Assembly (NCBI RefSeq): GCF_016433145.1
Contig: NC_058130.1
Span: 738,225,051-738,289,050 of the forward strand
Length of the DNA stretch: 64,000 bases
Reading direction: 5' to 3'
From: Gracilinanus agilis
Lineage: Eukaryota
Positions 61,409 to 64,000 of this stretch are shown in pieces. A program made the position numbers and the translations under genes. Within the stretch, counting starts at the first letter, position 1, and each line of letters begins with the position of its first letter. A model generated the notes under the pieces. That model worked only from the letters and a program-made list of their open reading frames with translations. It had not been told where the DNA came from and did not search any database.

Positions 61409-64000
61409 GCCGGGAAGGCTCAGGGTCTCAGGGATGTTCATCAGAAACGGTGAGGGATGGAAGAACTTGAAGGGGAAGAGAAGAGGTTCACAGGAGGCCC
61501 AAATGAGGGAGGTTTACAACCCCATCTGTAGCATGAGAGAAACACAGGTTAGTTATACCAAATACCACATAGTATACACTCAATACATATTTGATTGACT
61601 TTTATACATGTCCTACCCTGCCTCCTTCATTTCTGTCTACACCAGTCAGAGCTTACCAATCACCTATTTTCAGCCTCACCCAATGTCAGTATCATTTTTC
61701 ACTTACTAACCAATCACCAATTTTCCCTAGTCCACCCCTGCCCCTCCTTGCCTTCCAGCCAAACCCACAAAGTTAGCTAGCATCCTTCCCATTTTCAGAA
61801 CTTGACTTCTGCATATAATTCCATTACTGAAAGGGAAAAGATCAGAAATGGATCCTTAAGGAATAAGGAAGATAATTTCCCACATGGCACATAGAGCCAC
61901 AGATAAATTCTAAGTGAACAATAAACAACAAGACTTATATTCCTGTTGTAAAATACTCAATACAATTCGACAGCATCTAAAAAAAGATATCCCCCAAACC
62001 TTAACAATAACTCATAGTACTGTATACCAACAGTATTCTATAGTACTTAAGGTTCCTGCCAGAGTCCCACAATATACCACAGTGCTCCAAAATGCTGATA
62101 GAATTCAGGCGCAGTGCCTAGAGAATATGGGCCGTTAATGCTATGGGTGTTTCTGCTTCTGTATTCCTTCCTGATCACCCCCGTCCCCCTCACAATCCTC
62201 TCCCACCACCCTGCCCTCCAAGCTGAGCATCTGATAGTTCTCATCTCATTTACTAGAGTGTGCTATTGGCACTGACAGAGGCAATTACCACTCACCATTA
62301 ATTATGTGGCTGTTTGTTAATGGGCCAAAAAGTCAGTTTTTCCTTAGCAGGGAGTCCAGGATTGATCAAAGCACTGGCAATTTGTCCTCTTGGTTATATG
62401 GGCCAAAGTCAGATAACTCCTGATCTCATTCTTTCTCAACCTCCTCTCCCTCTCCCATACCCAATGGAGCTTCTGGGGCTCTGCCCTGGCATTCATCATA
62501 GTATTAAGACTCTCACCTACTTAATACCTCAAAGACATAGCCTTTTCACTTCCAGCTGGAAGCCATAGGTAGAATGGTCAAGATATACTTGCTACAGACA
62601 TAACATACACATAGCATAGAGGCAGAAGCTTAGGTCCAAGAGTCAAGATATAGAGAGCTTTAGCATGTTTGGTGCTGCTCAGCTAAATAACCCCTGTCTC
62701 TTTTCAGTAGGTAGGCCCTGGGATCAAAGCTTTAAAATGTGTGACCAGATCCCATAGGTCAGATGAACTGATATAATACTCTTACTTAGTCACATTAACC
62801 GTGAATGAACAGGTAGCACCACACTTATATACCAGAAAGGGAGTTGACAAGTGCTACAGAGGTTGGCCTAAGAACCTAGATACCTGATTGATTCCTCCTA
62901 CATACTTTTTCTATCATACCACTTATTGCTTTTTCCTATGCGGTATTATAAGGGAAATGACCTGGCTTTTCTCTGTGAGGAGAAAAGGAATTGATCACAC
63001 TTAGATGTAGAAGCTTCACCAATTCACATTTGCCTAGTAGGAAACTTAAAGAACTTCATTTTATTCTCTCCATAGTCACCAAATGTCATAAGCAACCTAT
63101 GAAACAGTTCCCTTATCAAATTTCAAGCAAAATAAGTGACTTATGGAAATACTCCTCTTCTATGCCCCACTTCCAGCTGCCATCCCAAGCAATAGGGCCA
63201 ACCTTCCCATTCTATCTACATCTTTGCCAGTTTACTGATCTTCCTGTCCCAGAAACAACCTACCGATGAGTCCAAGGGAGTTGTTTTGACTCAGTGAAGA
63301 TGACTTCAGCCTAACTGGGGGTTAATCATTCTTAAGATTCTGACAACGCAGTCCACTCAAGCGCTTCCTGAGAGAGTCAAAGTCTGCAGCTGGGGCTGGA
63401 GGGAATTGAATTGTGAACAGAAAATGCTGAGTCTAAAGGATTCACCCAAGAATTTCGGGGGAAGGGAGAAGAGGAAAGAGGACAAAATAAGTGCACAGAG
63501 AAATTTCCAAACTAGCTGGAATTATGGAATCATCATAATTATTGCCTAAATTTGTCCAAGGAGCTCAAAGCATACAATAGGCCAAATGTGGCCAGTGGAA
63601 ATGGAACTAGGACTCTTCCATTCCTTTTTTTTTTTTTTTTTTAAACGAGGGGCATTGAGACAGAGAAGGTGGAGTGAGTAGGAAGGAGGAAAGAATTGTT
63701 CCAATATCCATAATATCAGTTCCAGGAATAGAACCTAGGAGTTCTGATTCTTTACTTTTCTCCCCTTCTTCATTATACCAAATAAGGGGAGGGAATAGCC
63801 TGGACTAAAACTAAAACTAGAGTGGGAAATTATTGGAGATCAGCCAGGTATTTCTCACATGAATGAGCAGTTTTTGCAGGGAGTTGAAATTATTAAATAA
63901 CATCAGTCTGAAATTTGCAAACTTAAGGACAAGATGTTCATTAGACTAGCATGAAATTCACTTCTCCATCACTTCCCACAAAGTCCTTACTGCTTCTGAG

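Noticed and set aside
60499-61598. Plus-strand ORFs of 126 and 102 aa
   Set aside because: They are antisense shadows of EVI5L exons; the same applies to ORFs such as 9079-9543 and 19011-19232.

Overview
Eukaryotic, intron-rich DNA. The SINE, hAT-MITE, RTE, L2 and L3 content points to a marsupial, most likely an opossum (didelphid); this is inferred from repeats only. Three genes are present. (1) The 3' end of PRR36 on + (1-1053). (2) EVI5L on -, with all 19 coding exons mapped to GT-AG boundaries (61408->9233, 807 aa; 5' non-coding exon(s) not resolved) and a 3' UTR to about 6510. (3) Between them, an intact five-exon SNAG + C2H2 gene of the GFI1 family on - (3107->1414, 245 aa). The third gene is the main discovery. 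It lies just downstream of EVI5L on the same strand, as GFI1 lies downstream of EVI5, so it looks like a retained third GFI1 ohnolog; I know of no such gene between human EVI5L and PRR36. It keeps only fingers equivalent to GFI1 ZF3-5 (the DNA-binding set), lacks the ZF1-2 exon and ZF6, and has RSRR in place of the methylatable SNAG KSKK motif. The rest is EVI5L intron filled with repeats, plus several candidate splicing and regulatory elements. Homology statements come from recall of the families; no database search was run. Repeat boundaries are approximate.
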